A stretch of DNA of 13,572 bases. Source: a virus. Shown piece after piece: positions 13,378 through 13,572 of this stretch. The position numbers were made by a program, and so were the translations under genes. The notes below the pieces were generated by a model. It saw only the letters and a program-made list of their open reading frames with translations. It did no database searches and had not been told where the DNA came from. Positions within the stretch are counted from its first letter, which is position 1, and each line of letters starts with the position of its first letter. The stretch is from UHGV virus genome UHGV-1746862; one strand, 5' to 3'.

Positions 13378-13572
13378 TATGCCCCTCCTACTGGGTTAAC
13401 TGTAACTGTTGCCGCATTAGATGTTACAGAGCCACCTGCACCTGTTACAACGCAAGTGTATGAACCTGCATCTGCTGGCAGAGCACCAGACTTGCTATAG
13501 GTAGCATTTGTCGCTGAAGGAATGTCAGAGCCATCTTTCTTCCATTGGTAACCAGTTGCACCAGTTGCAGTA
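13377..13572 (-). CDS. 3' end of a gene truncated by the window edge; C-terminal Ig-like domain, probably a virion structural or decoration protein
   Basis: Open frame running out of the window; the translation ends ...YQWKKDGSDIPSATNATYSKSGALPADAGSYTCVVTGAGGSVTSNAATVTVNPVGGA, with the Y-x-C core and beta-strand pattern typical of Ig-like domains; stop TAA 13377-13379 overlaps the lysozyme ATG (TAATG). Confidence 0.6.
   Translation of the reverse strand, partial: TATGATGYQWKKDGSDIPSATNATYSKSGALPADAGSYTCVVTGAGGSVTSNAATVTVNPVGGA

Noticed and set aside
1-13572. Integrase, transposase, IS element or att-site evidence for a prophage or mobile-element boundary
   Set aside because: No ORF resembles a recombinase, and no terminal inverted repeats or tRNA flank were seen. 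The window looks like internal phage genome rather than an integration junction.

Overview
AT-rich window with the organisation of a tailed-bacteriophage genome segment (inference from gene architecture; no database search was possible). Three parts. (1) 1-6120: a rightward array of about 13 small genes (24-180 aa), almost every one preceded by a copy of one of two repeated ~70-95 bp cassettes containing a sigma70-like promoter, a GC-rich stem-loop and a near-invariant ribosome-binding region (CTAAACTAGGAGATTCAAAAATG); none of the products is recognisable by eye. (2) 6121-7690: about 1.6 kb with no credible ORF, bracketed by convergent intrinsic terminators and packed with short motifs of the TGTTA(A)G / CTTAAAAG / CTATAAAG family, partly in tandem runs phased at 9-11 bp and in both orientations, plus TATA-rich palindromes. 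(3) 7735-13572: a leftward, tightly packed and often start/stop-overlapping cluster of about 12 unknown genes, ending upstream with a GH24 (T4/P22 gp19-type) lysozyme and the 3' end of a gene whose C-terminus looks like an Ig-like domain. The two most interesting items are the phased motif array in the ORF-free region (candidate protein-binding platform: origin, partition or packaging/terminus site) and the modular promoter/stem-loop cassettes in front of the small genes. Listed antisense and shadow ORFs from the six-frame track are rejected.
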